Of a stretch of DNA of 64,000 bases, positions 40,781-54,300 are shown one piece after another (position 1 is the stretch's first letter; every line of letters starts with the position of its first letter). The notes beneath the pieces are model-generated. The model searched no databases, was not told where the DNA came from, and worked only from the letters and a program-made list of their open reading frames with translations. Source of the DNA: Balanoglossus misakiensis (lineage: Eukaryota > Animalia > Hemichordata); contig CM082598.2 of the NCBI GenBank assembly GCA_040954595.2, positions 6,339,097 to 6,403,096 on the forward strand, written 5' to 3'. A program made the translations under genes and the position numbers.

Positions 40781-41934
40781 ATGGTGGTGTGTGTCGCTAC
40801 ACTTTTTGAAACCGTTCCCGCGTGGCCCGTGAAAATATCATCGGCACCATAAAACATGTCAGTATAGCGCCGCCGTGGCTATGTAAATGTATTGTAGAAA
40901 CCAGAAATAATTTATAAGACACGTTCTTGGGAATCGACGATGATTTTGATCGTGTACTGATTTATGCCTTTTCATTAAAACACTGAATTGATACCTGTCG
41001 ACAACTCAACGAGTGATGTCTTTGATCAATCAATGGTCAACGGGGTAGAAAAGTTTGAGGGTAGTAACGATTGAAACCGTTACAAACATCGTCTTAACAG
41101 GAAGGAACAATGTCTTTCTTTTGTTGTCTCATACAAAATGGCTACAAACATGTATCGCATGCAAAAATGCCATATTATTTGATTTCCTTTGAATTTATAG
41201 ATCACGCCTTTCCTCTGATGTATTTTGCATAAAGTGCCCATCATCTTCCTCGCTTACATTGCCAAATCACCAGCTTGGACAACAACGTCATGGTAAACAA
41301 ATCTTTCGTTTTTGTTGGGTTTCATGGCGGGAGTGGTGGCGGAAACGCAACAATGTTTGTGGCCTTTTTGGTCAGAAAATAATATCACATACCTTGTACA
41401 TTGTAATTGCTAATCCATGGCACTCCATTTGTTGTACAAAGATATGCCTTCCAATACGGCATTCACCAGGTGTTCATCGTTCGAGCAACCTAATTACCAG
41501 GTGCGAAATTACCAGGTGCAAGAAACAAAGAGAACAATGAATATTAAATAAGGGTAATCTTGAGCGACCGCAAATTTATGGTACCAAGTGTCTCGAACGA
41601 GTACGCGTGTCTTGCCAGCATGCTACACCCAACAAGACGGACCCAAAGTGGCAAATACAAGGGTAATGGATTACCTGGTTTGCCATGGTAATCACCTCTG
41701 AAGACTGGGCACGAAAGAGGGAAAATCTTACTGCTCACAAGTCAATAACAACTTGAAATTTTGAATCCTAGCTGGAGACGATTCTCGAGGACCCCCTGCT
41801 CACCGTCTGCTGGCATCTCGCTATGTCATGTGATAGAGCGCCCTCACGTTACAGTATGGGATAACCAAAGGTGGATTTCGAAGCTCTGACCCCCCCCCCC
41901 CCCCCCCAAGACCTCTCTCACTCTTTCTTTCTGA

Positions 41935-42002
41935 CTCGCTCACTCTCTCTTTCTGACTCGCTCTTTCTCTCTCTCTCTCCCTCTCTCTCATACTCTCTCT
42001 CC
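41935..42002 (+). repeat. Degenerate (CT)n tract in the unique spacer between the duplication units
   Basis: Direct reading. Confidence 0.8.
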
Positions 42003-42341
42003 ATCAAAAATTCCGTGGTGAATATTAATAGGGCGCCACCAAGGTTAAATGTATTATTACTATTGTTTCCCTTCGATGACTTTGCGTCCACGTGACAAGC
42101 AATCATGCCATGTCCCCGAATGAGCAGACGCGGATAATTTCTATTTGCCGACCATTACCACGACACACTCTGAGGCAACACTAGTACTCTGTTAGATTGC
42201 ACAATACAATATTAGAATATTTTGACTCATACCACCGTGAGCCATACTTTTTAATTGGAGGGATATATGGAGCAGTCGAGACCGGTTTGAGGCCTGTATG
42301 TATATGTATATTGAAAAAATGAAAACGATTGTAGACAATTC

Positions 42342-42700
42342 GACACAAAACAGACGTTCTATTTCTAGTAAATGAAAGTACACGTAAATTTGACTTGAAT
42401 ACATAACATCTTAAAGTTCCAATAGCTTACATTTTTTTTCTGATCATCATTTAACTTTCGACATTAGAATTGTCCATTTGAGTTAGTTAACTGGTAGGCA
42501 CACATATCAGCAACCTCCGATTGACACAAAACAGACGTTCTATTTCTAGTAAATGAAAGTACATGTAAATTTGACTTGAATACATAACATCTTAAAGTCC
42601 CAATAGCTTCCAATTATTTTTTCATCATTTAACTTTCGACATTAGAATTGTCCATTTGAGTTAGTTAACTGGTAGGCACACATATCAGCAACCTCTGATT
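42342..42700 (+). repeat. ~181-bp tandem duplication specific to unit 2 (downstream of the gene's stop codon)
   Basis: GACACAAAACAGACGTTCTATTTCTAGTAAATG...CAGCAACCTCYGATTG occurs twice (42342, 42523). Unit 1 has it once (~31788-31965). Confidence 0.9.
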
Positions 42701-42960
42701 GTGGCTGTTAATTTAAATATGAAATTCAAAAATATATGGGTGTCGCACCCGTTTATTCAACTAGCAATTACAAGAGTACACAACTATTGTGGTGTGTGCA
42801 CACGGGTAAAATATTCTCCACAAACTTTGGATTGAACGAAATGTTTGAACACTCGAAATAACGCATGTGTGCATAAGATGGTAAGATATGACGTGGGTGA
42901 TATCAATCGTTTGGACGAACAAGACCGAGAGATTGCGTCTGTTGCTGCGGGGATGTGACG

Positions 42961-45900
42961 CTATTCTTCACAAATCCAGTAGTTCTCCGAAGATTTAGAA
43001 GATTCACAATCTTCAACTTTCATTCTCCTTTTTTTCTTGCCGATTTTTATCAGCTTTACGCAGCCAACCCCGTCTTCCGGCGGGTCTCCATCAGCCCATT
43101 TCTTGTAGCCACCTGTATCACCGTCAAGCCATGCATATTGACGCTGTTTTCACACAGACAAAAATAAAACAAGGCGAAGTTTCAGTGAATCTCCAAAAAA
43201 TATTTTCTATATTTTTGTATGTGTGAAATGTGCGCTGGTAGTGGCATATATTCATTTATCGACAATATTAGTGGCTGTTTAAGTGTATTTAATGAATATT
43301 TAATCCGCTTTAAGTCACAGAAAAGAAATTGTAGTGGCATACATTCATTTATCAACAGTATTTATAAGTGGTTCCATATATTGTGTGTTATATACAGAAT
43401 ATCTAATCCGCTCCAAGACATAGAAAAACTGTATTCGGCTCTCGTAACAAATATTCCGAAAGAAATCATTGGAAATAAACAGTATAAAAAGGTTTCTGAG
43501 ACAGGAAAGGGTGCATGGGGAAGTTGTCATCACAATTTATAGACTGCCTATAGCCAGAAAAGAGAATGCTATATACAGCGGATTGGGAGATCATCAACAT
43601 GTACCATGTACACCAACAGATTTGTAAATTAAATTTGTTTCAAATTACTTCACCGAAATTCGCATGCACACTTGTGAAGCGACGGTAAAAGTCTTTATTC
43701 TCATCACAAACAGACAGACGGACAGAGAAAAGGACAGACAAACAAACAAACAACACTGCGATCATACCTTTCCATCCATTGTAGCTGTCCTCAACCCTAT
43801 CCAGTACGGGTACTGGGCATCTATGTTAGTCAATTCTGTCAAAATATCGTCGAATTTGGTCTTGTTATCGAACTTGACCAGAGTACCGCCAATGTCCTCG
43901 CAATTATCTTTCGCGTCATGCCATTTATATTTCGATTCGCCCGCACAGACTGTGTACGATCCCAGTTGAACGATTTTACGGCAGAGATTGTTTGCTGAAA
44001 AATAATCACACACTTCGGTTCATTTTCTGCATAAAAACATACATTCGGCATTGTTCAGGACGACCCTGCCGACCAATACATGATATTTCAAAGTCAATTG
44101 AAAATATGATTGTTTACCATGAGGTACATTGAAACACAAAGTAACATGACAGACATGTACATTGTAGAAGATACACTACAGTGTTATACAAAGTATCAAC
44201 ATCATTGTTTGCTGTGATGTTCATTGTAGCAGTTACACTTTTCGGCTTCTATGACTTGCTAGCAACTGTATCGTTTGGGACCAATACCAAGAGACGGAGG
44301 CAAATTTGGAGTCAAAGGAATATTTTTGAAGTCAAACCAGGTGTTCATCTTTAATTCTTGAAGTTGGAAATATCTAGGGATTCTTTGAATGCCCGGGTTA
44401 TGTAGGAGGACACTTTTTTAGTCAAATGGGCGTCGACACTTTTGAAGTCAACCCAGATGGAGACACTCGCCCTTTTATAAGTGGCTTGGGAAAGATTTCA
44501 AGAGAGAGAGAGCAAACTAGTTCGCGACGGTGAGACTACACATACATGTACAGGGAATAAATCAGCTCTGCTGAAAAATACCACGAAGACGAGCGTTGCG
44601 ATGTCGCTGTAGGAACATAAACAGCACAAGTCACAGTGACCCGGTTGACCCGGAAGTGTATCTCGGTCTATCCCACAACTCAATGAGACTTTCCAAGATG
44701 GCGGAAATACTATGTCACCCTCTATGCAACTAGGTGCTATGTGGTAAATAGACAAGACTAGTACCTACGTGAACATGCTGGATTAGGAGTCGGTTCCCAC
44801 TGTCCTTCATTACAGGTTATAGTGTTATGATCTATTTCGTGAAAGCCGATAGTGCATTGAACGGTTGCCTCCTCGTCGTGACGCGTGATAGCATCTCCAA
44901 TTAACTCCGTAACGTTATTTAAATCCGCCGATGACGGAAGCAAACATGATTCTTTGGATAAAAAAATGATATCCATTAAAATTAAATATTTTATGGACTC
45001 ATTAGCATATAGCTAAACCAGTCTGAAAACACTGCGCACGTGCACACACAACAGTGTAATAACATACATACATACACACATACACACATACATACATACA
45101 TACATACATACATACATACATACATACATACATACATACATACATACATACATACATACATACATACATACATACATACATACATACACACATACACACA
45201 CACAACACATACACACATACATACATGTATATTACCTTTGCAAACAGGCAGTGGATTTGACCATTCACCTTCAATGCACATGCTTGATTGTTTTCCGAAC
45301 AAAGTGTAAAATATCTTGGCTGTTTCGTTCCACTCACACGTGAATGTCAGATAGCCAGTTCTTACAACAGTCACATGACCATTCTCTATCGTTCCCGGAT
45401 CTGAGCAGTCTGTGGAGCAAAAAACACCAGTTGTCACTTCAACGTTTGAAAACCATGTATGGACAATTCGATTGGCTCCTTGACTTGCGAATCAGATTTG
45501 TGATAGTTCATATAAATTCCATGCCAAGACAAGGCTATGAAGTTGAACATAGATAAGTAGGCGAACTGGACACCATGGTCGATTCATATAACATAGATTC
45601 TGAAAAAAAAGATAGTCTACAGTTACAGATGATCTGCTTACTGCAATGCACAAGCGATTTCCTACATGGCCTTTCTTCTCGATCAACGCCTGCGCAGTCT
45701 GCACCTCCGTCTGCAGGTGGTGGAGTGTCACACTTTCTGGTGCGCGTGCGCACATTCCACCCACAACTGTCTGGACAGGATCCCCACGGAGACCACTTGC
45801 CCCATGCACCATCGCCTGGAAGAAGTGAAACACGAGCGATGGTTAAATAATACTTTTTATATCTTGATAATTCGTTAAAAATTCACGTGACGATAATCAT

Positions 45901-48900
45901 ACAAACTGCTGTCTTGCTAGTCTTTCAACACTCTCTTAGTTGTGACAAGGCAATCTCATCACTACATGTATAGGCCTACATTCTATCTGCTCACATTTCA
46001 ACACTCGGGCACATTTGTTACTCACCAGAATTGCACCCCACCGCATCTCGACGACGAGCACAGATATCTGCACCAGCCTGAGCTTCATGCTTGATAGCCT
46101 CGATAATCTTGTTCGCTGCGGCCCCACTTACTGTCGATTGGCAAGAGGGAAAATGTGATAAAATCGAAGGAACATGGCCGTGCGACCTGTCAATAAAGCA
46201 TCTCAAAAAGGATAATCGCAATTAACAATATTTGGTAACTTAAGCGTTTTCCACATCACTTAGACCCAAGCTAAAGACCTAAAGAATCACCTCCAAGTTA
46301 CATATACCCAAATATGAATGAATGTGTGTGGTTAAGTCCTACGCACTTTTCTGGCCCTCACTACCATAAACGACGTTGAATTTATTGTGATCAGTATTTA
46401 CCTTCACAAATATGCACAAAACAAAAACGGTACTATCACTTTAACATGCTGTATACAATGTACCAAGGTTCTGCCCAGCCTTGCATCACTGAGAGCTGGT
46501 CGGATAATTAATATTCATGAGCTAATTAATATTCATCAGAAATACTATAGGGGCCGGACATAAAATTAAAAGACTCACCGAGGGCGCTGCGAGTATCACA
46601 AGGCACAGTTTCATTGTCATGTCCCGTACACCCAATATCAACATTGGGAGTTCCGCCGAAGAGGCACTCGCGAGTTCTATTGCGGCGACCGACCAATCCG
46701 CCTCCTGGCACTGGTTCACATGGAGCCAGACTCCACATTGACCAAACTAGAACAAACAATAACAAGTAGTATGCTTGATCAGTTTCACATTGAACACAAA
46801 ATTATCACTGGGAAAACTTGCAAAAAGACAGCTACGTTTCCAACGAAGTGTGTTGTACGAGGACGGTAGGGCAATTCTGACTCACCCGGACAAATATGCA
46901 TGTGACACTTCTGGTAGTCTGTACGACGACTCGCACAGGAGTTTCCGCCATCTCCGGGGACCGGGCTGTTGCACTCTCGTGTACGGGTTTGATATCCGGC
47001 GTTACACGACGCCGTACAGTCGGACCAGGAGCTCCAATCGCCCCAGCCGCCGTCAGTCACTGGAGCACAATGAAAGAAAGAAAAAAACATAAACGAGAAA
47101 CTTCTCATTTCGCACATGACTTAACATTCTTTATTCGCCTCTGCTCCATCTGAAGCCTTGAGTTGTTCAACATCTCTCGGAATATCAATCAACTTCTCAT
47201 TAAATCCTAAATCGCCAAGGAAACTCCATTGAACAGTTTTAATTGCATAGTTGTTGACATTGTAGTTTCAAAAGGGGCGATTAAAATGTTGGGTAAAACT
47301 AGTGGACAGTTCATGAATGACGTTCCCCGAGCCCGAGCGACACTCATCAATACACATTGCATACATTTAATCACGTTTAATTTATTAAGAGAATAAGATT
47401 TTTGCTCCTCAATTTTCTAACTAGCAACACAGTTAATTTGCTGACATTTAAAATCAATAAGATCTTGAATTTCACAATGAATACATCTAATCGATTTTTC
47501 TTTTATCAGTAAATAGAATGTACGTTTCTCGAGTATCGGTCCACCGACCCCACTGATATGTTGACTGTACACAGTAGCGAACTCATTAACTAAGTAGTCT
47601 TTGCATTTCTCATTGTTCATAATTTGCATAGTAATTAAATGCTATGTTAATGAGTTGTTGTGTTTCCCAAACTTTTAAACACGGAGCAATTTCCTTATTA
47701 ATACTCAGCTGAGAGGAATGTTTTTCTCTATAAGAGAGTAACTAACAGCCACATTTCCAATATTTGTCGATCATTTCGCATGACGCGCCGTGTCTTGATC
47801 CGATCCAGCAAAATTCGACAATGTAAATGTACAGACTGACTGCTACTTTCTATCTACTTTCTGGGGACATTGCAGGGTTGTTCTTTATTAAGTTTACTGG
47901 ATTTTTTTTCTTTTGTGTATCTTTTTATGGAGTTGTTTCTGTTTTTTTTAATGTTTTTTACAGTATGGGCATACAGCATGCATTAAAGAATTAATAAAAT
48001 AAATAAAGTATTAATGTTTTGAACTTGGGTCGCCCCCCCCCCCCGTACGAGAACCATGGGAGTACCCTCCCCCCGGGGGTTACACACAGGCAGAGTCACA
48101 GCAACGAACCGCCGTCCACAGGACTGACCATATACCCGGTAAACGTACCTGGTATGTTGCAAGTTGGTCCAATAAAGCGACTGCCCTCCCTGCAGATACA
48201 GGAAAAAGTATCGCCGGTAGGGTTTTCTTGGCACCGTCCTCCGTTCAAACAAGGTTGACTGGCGCACGGTCTTACTCTAGCCTGAAATACATTATTCCGT
48301 CTGACTAAGTATATTCACCCACATATATTACACATCAGATTGGCGAAGTTTCAATGCAATAGCCACAGAATGATAATATTCAACATATAGGAACTACTCG
48401 ATGACAAAATCCGAGAAAAGAAACTTAATTTTGGGATCTATATGGAAAATTCGACTACAGACTAGCAGTGTGTCTTTCACCGTAGTGGCGATTGTTCAAG
48501 CAAGATGAACTTATCATAAGCAAGAACCAACAAGAAAATGTGAAATATCATTTAAGGACACTAAAGCTGCCAATGGGAAAAATAGTAGAATTTCGGCAGC
48601 TCATTGGACTTTAAGTAATACGAGAATCAGGTTCGTTGTTGTTGTTTTATCGAACGTTGTTGCTTTTTTTCCTTTGGACGTGTGACTGGTAAATTTTAGC
48701 ACAATGCAAGTCAATCATTAGCAACTTCAGCTTGAAATCCAACTGGTGTTGTATCCCTGGTGGGTAGGATCGAAACGCGGGAAGCTTTCTTTATGAATCA
48801 AGGTCGATATCGGAAATGTTATGTGGTTAGTGTTTTCTTACCTCTATGACTGTGTACTGATCATTTCGACCGTATTCCCAACCCGGACGGTGCTGCAGGG

Positions 48901-49204
48901 AGTCATAGTTCGGCGCCTCGGTCGGACAGATCTCGCAAATTCTCTGAAAGGCTTGATAGTTGAACGACTTGCACTTCTCGCCCCGCCGGTAGCACGTGTT
49001 GGCGCACAGAAACACGTAGAGGGTGTCCCTGTGCATCGTCGGATTCGGGCACGAGAACGACATGTGCGGGGTAGGGATTTCGCTCTGGACAAGGCACGCC
49101 TGCGCCTCCGGGTCGCACTGGTCCCCGCTGTCGGGCGACGCTGCGATAGAACCCAGCGCAAAGGTGGAAACTTGGGCCAGCAGAACCAACGCTTGCAAAC
49201 TCAT
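42961..49204 (-). CDS. Secreted mosaic protein, copy 2 (PAN-like, EGF, 3x TSP1, 2x CCP, C-type lectin; 10 exons, ~627 aa)
   Basis: Exons 49204-48842, 48281-48149, 47059-46886, 46746-46579, 46130-46026, 45815-45642, 45409-45236, 44951-44769, 43994-43768, 43143-42961. Same lengths and phases as copy 1 (+3 nt in the last exon), all GT-AG, no stops. Confidence 0.85.
45063..45225 (+). repeat. (TACA)n microsatellite, longer paralogue of 34128-34212
   Basis: Direct reading. Confidence 0.95.
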
Positions 49205-50133
49205 GGTTAAGCGCTGGCGGGCGTTGGCTAATGTGTTAAAACTTGTCAAAGCCCTAGAGTTTTACTCCTGCGTGTTTCGGGGTAATTACCTACTCGATAA
49301 CCATAAGCTCAATGAGCATAGGCGGATTTACTCATTAACCTATAAAATTAAAAGTAATTTAGATGTTTAGTTAGGCCTACCCAGTGTGGCCGGAACAGCC
49401 CACGATATTTGCATCAATGCTGTCCTCATGCGAAACGCAAAGGGAAGTGTTCCACTGCGTTGAACTCAGGTTAATAAAACGAAAAAAACGTGTCAGGATT
49501 CATGTCTTCCTGGAGTCAAAGTGAATAAAGACTTATAATATGCGCGACTCTGTAACATTCACAGACAACTGTCACTACTTATTACGTCTAAACAAGTCAT
49601 ATGTGCATTCATACTCGGGGGGGGGGGTATTCGGGTCAGATAATTATTACCCCATGAAATGTTTTCAAATACACTGATGCTTTTAAATTATTTTGCAGTG
49701 TACGGTACAGACAGGTAACATGTTTCTGTTGCCGCGGTAACCATTGGAATTAATTCCACTATTAATGGCCTTACAATTACCAAGGGCGTGTCGCGCAATA
49801 AAGTTTGCTCGTGTTTTATTATACGACACAATTTAATTTTCGTTATGTTAAGACAATAATAGGTATCACGGAGGACAGTATACGATGTAATGTAAACATG
49901 GCTCTCATTGGTCAATAGATACGAGCATTGTGATTGGACGAAAGCTCTTTACAACATTACAACCCTGAAGTTTGTGTTTGTTTTCCCGCCCGCCTGCCTG
50001 CCTGTCTCCCTCTCTGACTTTCCAGCAATTTCAGAGCACCTATCTGCCTTATATCCCGTCCACCTTTGGCCTTGCCCACTTCGATTCAGTGCAGAATTCA
50101 CCTGAACCGAAAACCAAGTTGAACTCTACTTAA

Positions 50134-50543
50134 GGATGTACGCGTAGAACATAAACCGGAAACTGCGCGCACCCGTCTTTTCCCCATAGGATTACATTGA
50201 AAATCGCCACAAAACAAACTTCTACTATTGTCATTTTCACGAAATTTTACACATAGCTCAGTCTAGCAAATATAAATTCATTGGTCAAATAAAATATAGG
50301 GGTCACCGCGCACTATTTTGAGATAAATTGCGTTAAAAATTCTGCCCATAGACAAACCATTGGTGAAAAATGCTGAGTCAGCAGTTTTCTTCTATTATCG
50401 ACTAAATTCATGGCTCTGTATTTCATAAACAAGCGCGGTGACCCCTATATTTTATTACGGATTTTCATTATACATACAAAGGAGAATCCAAAAATCTACA
50501 ATTAAAAAATGACAATAGTTTCAATTTTACTGAACGTACATAC
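50134..50543. mobile_element. TTAA-flanked MITE (Kolobok-like), 410 bp
   Basis: TTAA|GGATGTACG ... CGTACATAC|TTAA, with internal inverted blocks AATAAAATATAGGGGTCACCGCGC / GCGCGGTGACCCCTATATTTTATT and CTATTGTCATTTT / AAAATGACAATAG. Confidence 0.85.
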
Positions 50544-50547
50544 TTAA

Positions 50548-51342
50548 GATGGGTCCCTGGGATCTTTTTGCTCGTTGCTATGGGCCTTTATAGGACATTA
50601 CACCCCGATTTGGACTATGCCGTTTTCAGAGTCTAACAAGGGGCTGGTAACTAGTTGAAAATCTGCACGATTGTGAGCGCGCGCCCCCTGACGCCATTGA
50701 TATGCAAATTAGCTAGGTCAAATTTCAAAAGCCTAAGGCTTTTTATTCCGTGACCTCAAAAACGGACTTGATACGTATTCATTAGTTGCTTGAACCAGGG
50801 AAGATCGTGACGGATTTTGTTTTCGAATATTATCGTTGTATCCTACGATTTCAGCATACCCGTACCACACCTGAAAAAGTCATCGATTTTGGGTGTTTTT
50901 GGACGCACTCTTCCACCGGTATCGCTTCTTAGCACGACGAAAACCGAAAAAACGATCCGTCACACTGTGCGGAAGTGCGTTCTCAACAAGCAGGTCAAAT
51001 TTGACTGGCGTACGTGGCCTATGAAAAAAGCCTTAGGGATTTTCGTGAACGGTACAAAATCTCTGTGTACAAAACATTGGATTTTTAGCGTTCGATCCAG
51101 TTACTGTGGTTACAGGACGCGCACGCTATCGCTGACCGCTGCTTTGCCGTATTAGCGTGGCGGCCTATGGCCGGGCGGTAGCTGCCGTAAACATACTCGG
51201 ACAGGGGGTGTGCACACAATCGTGCAGATTTTCAACTAGTTACCAGCCCCTTGTTAGACTCTGAAAACGGCTTAGTCCAAATCGGGGTGTAATGTCCTAA
51301 AAAGGCCCATAGCAACGAGCAAAAAGATCCCAGGGACCCATC
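50548..51342. mobile_element. TTAA-flanked MITE (Kolobok-like), 795 bp, ~125-bp near-perfect TIRs
   Basis: TTAA|GATGGGTCCCTGGGATCTTTTTGCTCGTTGCTATGGGCC...CTGCACGATTGTG and its reverse complement at ~51216-51342|TTAA. Confidence 0.93.
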
Positions 51343-54300
51343 TTAACACTACATTGCCGGTCACATCAGCGTTATCTTTCACCAGGGAGGTAAACATATC
51401 ATCTCTCTGTAACAAACCGACCACACTTCAATTACAGAAGGCACAGCCGGGGGAGATAGGTAAACAATTTACACGCCGCGGGCCAAGCGATACACCCAGG
51501 TTTAATGTCACATTTTCCTTATTAAAATGAATAACATAATTCATATCTGGTGATACCACATGTGGGATTTGGGTTCTTGTATATCGTCTGTTTTTAATTT
51601 TAAGAGGGCTAAGACTCCTTTCAAAGTAAATTTATAGTTTCAGCCATTTTGGCAATTTCAAAGTGTAGGGCAGGATACACACATCTTCAAAGAGCTGGAA
51701 TGTCTGATAGAGGTGTATTATCCATCACCAGTTTCACTTGTCAACTTCCATTGGTTAAACACAGAAGAAATCCGCCATCTTGAAATTCTGTCGATCACAT
51801 GATTTTTTATCACTAACCTAGGTAGCAAAAACTTATTTAATGTAGTGAGAATAGGCCGGTATTAGATTCAGGAGACAAAAAGTATCACTGATACCGACAA
51901 TGGTAATAACTAAAGTCCAGAACAGACTGAGGAAATTGGGACTGTGAAACCGATGGTTTCATCCGCAATACAATCTTCATTCTCTGTCTCATAAAATATG
52001 CAAGTTGCTTAATTAAGATGGCGGTTTCGTGGGTAGTAAATTACCTAATGTTTTGTATCGACCGGAATGGAAGAAATCTAAAACCGAAAAAACACAAAAT
52101 AAGAAGAATACTTTCATGTCGATTGAGTTCGTGACTGTCGTAAAAGTGTCCCCTTGGGAATATAGTAACTCTCGTCGATAACGTGGTTTCGCTATACTAT
52201 TTGAAACCGTTCCCGCGTGGCCCGTGAAAATATCATCGGCACCATAAAACATGTTAGTATAGCGCCGTCGTGGCTATGTAAATGTATTGTAGAAACCAGA
52301 AATAATTTATAAGACACTTTCTTGGGAATCGACGATGATTTTGATCGTGTACTGATTTATGCCTTTTCATTAAAACACTGAATTGATATCTGTCGACAAC
52401 TGAACGAGTGATGTCTTTGATCAATCAATGGTCAACGGGGTAGAAAAGTTTGAGGGTAGTAACGATTGAAACCGTTACAAACATCGTCCTGTTGATAACC
52501 GGAAGGAACAATGTTATCTTTCTTTTGTTGTCTCATACAAAATGGCTACAAACATGTATCGCATGCAATCATGGTTTATACAAAACATACAGGTGTGAAG
52601 AGTCTTGGAGCTTGTACTCGACGGTAGCACGCAATGCAAACCCAAGCTGACACATTTGGAGGCAGAGTTCGAAAAGGTAACTCAGTTTGATAGCAGAACA
52701 AGTGTTCGGGCAGAAGAGACCACGGTTTTCGAGGAATTATTTGGACCTGGGGGGGGGGGGGCAGTACACCTGCTGTAAATCTCTGAGATTATTATGACAA
52801 ACAACGGACAAAATATTAGCTTACCTTCTCACAATCTTCAGACTTTTCTTTGTTCGGCCATAGGCTCATATATGAACGTGGTACTGACCACGGTCTACAG
52901 ATGATTGAAACAAAGGGGTAAATGTGAGACTTTCAATGGATAAAGTCAGTTCACCAGCATCACGCAACATTCACAAATTGGAACTCCTTTTTGTTTCTCG
53001 AGTGTGGTCTATGTGAGTAGTTATTTTATTTGGAAACACATTAACAGAGTCTACAGAGAAAAAAACATGACATACATCGCCCCAAACTTTTTTTGGCCAC
53101 CTCTGGGTTGCACTTTGGGTGACAGAAATCGACCGATGGTTTCCAAAAATCCGCACCACTTACTACCATGAGCGGTATTTAATGCAACGGTATTAGTCAC
53201 CCCATTGCCCATCAGAGAAAAGGAACGTCTTTGGCAAAGTATTGCAAAGCCTTCAGTTGACCAAGAGAAAGTTGACGAAGCATGCATATGTGAACAGTGG
53301 GTGTTGACAACAAAGTGACATATTGATGATAGCTTAATATTAATGCCAATCATACTTGCAAATTAATTGTCTGTGTGGATGACTGCTCCTGTATTTGTGT
53401 GCTTTTATATATAGCATATAATCATTGACAATAACAAAACGACAGCGTTTCACCAGGTGTTCTCGCAAATTTAAATGAAAATGTGAATTCCAAATGCATT
53501 TTTTATCTATTTGGACTTAAATAATCGGGTATTAGTACGGTTCAAACGATCCAAAAGGTTTCAAAAGTCGCACTCTGCCATATAACCGATAAAACGAATT
53601 GTGGTATCGGTAAATGTTAGATGTCGTCTTCGATCTCGGGGAACGGAACGCGTCAGGAGCGATATCGATCGCCAGCAATTGCACAAGCGTTCTGGCAGAG
53701 GCTCGCTGCCCTCTCGTTCAACGATAGATTTTGCTGGCGAGCTGCGCTTCTCTGGCACCTCTGAGGAGACATTGCATTTTCCATCTCAGTTTAGACACCG
53801 GCAGCTGTTTCACCCCTGCAGAAGCTAGTATTGATTGTGCAAAGACCTTTTACTCGCCGCCTCAGAGCGCGCCTCGCGCACAGAGAAACTATCGCCCGAG
53901 CATTGCCGCTTCCGGGTTTCTGTAATTATTTCTTCCGTTAGCGCCTTGCGTCATTGGCGCAAAATGTCACGTGTCACACGCGCCATATGAGTTGGAGACG
54001 CGAGCTTAAACTTTCTCAGGTGTCTCTAAATATCACACAGTACAATTTGAGCTGCATACATAGCAGTTGTGTTCTGGTGGCATTGAACTTGGATACAAAA
54101 AATTCGGTCTGAACTTCTGTGCATTTTCACTATTTCAACAACGTACCCAACCCATCATATATTGCTCTTTTTAAGTCAATACCGGTCGATGCAAACCGCT
54201 TTCCCTCACATGGCTATGTGCCTGAGTTGTCGCACACCCCACGAACGTGCAGAATAGCGACAGACAGGAATACAACTGCCTCCAATTTGAGATTTTCTTT

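Larger units (their letters stand above)
31576..41165 (+). repeat. Segmental tandem duplication, unit 1
   Basis: Colinear, highly similar to 42123-52568 from AGCAGACACGGATAATTTCTATTTG to CATGTATCGCATGCAA, with copy-specific insertions and deletions. Confidence 0.95.
42123..52568 (+). repeat. Segmental tandem duplication, unit 2
   Basis: Colinear with 31576-41165. Confidence 0.95.

Noticed and set aside
44991-45309. MYVC/HTYI-repeat ORFs (also 34050-34256 and the DRQT/VCLS ORFs at 54979-55260)
   Set aside because: Translations of tetranucleotide microsatellites.
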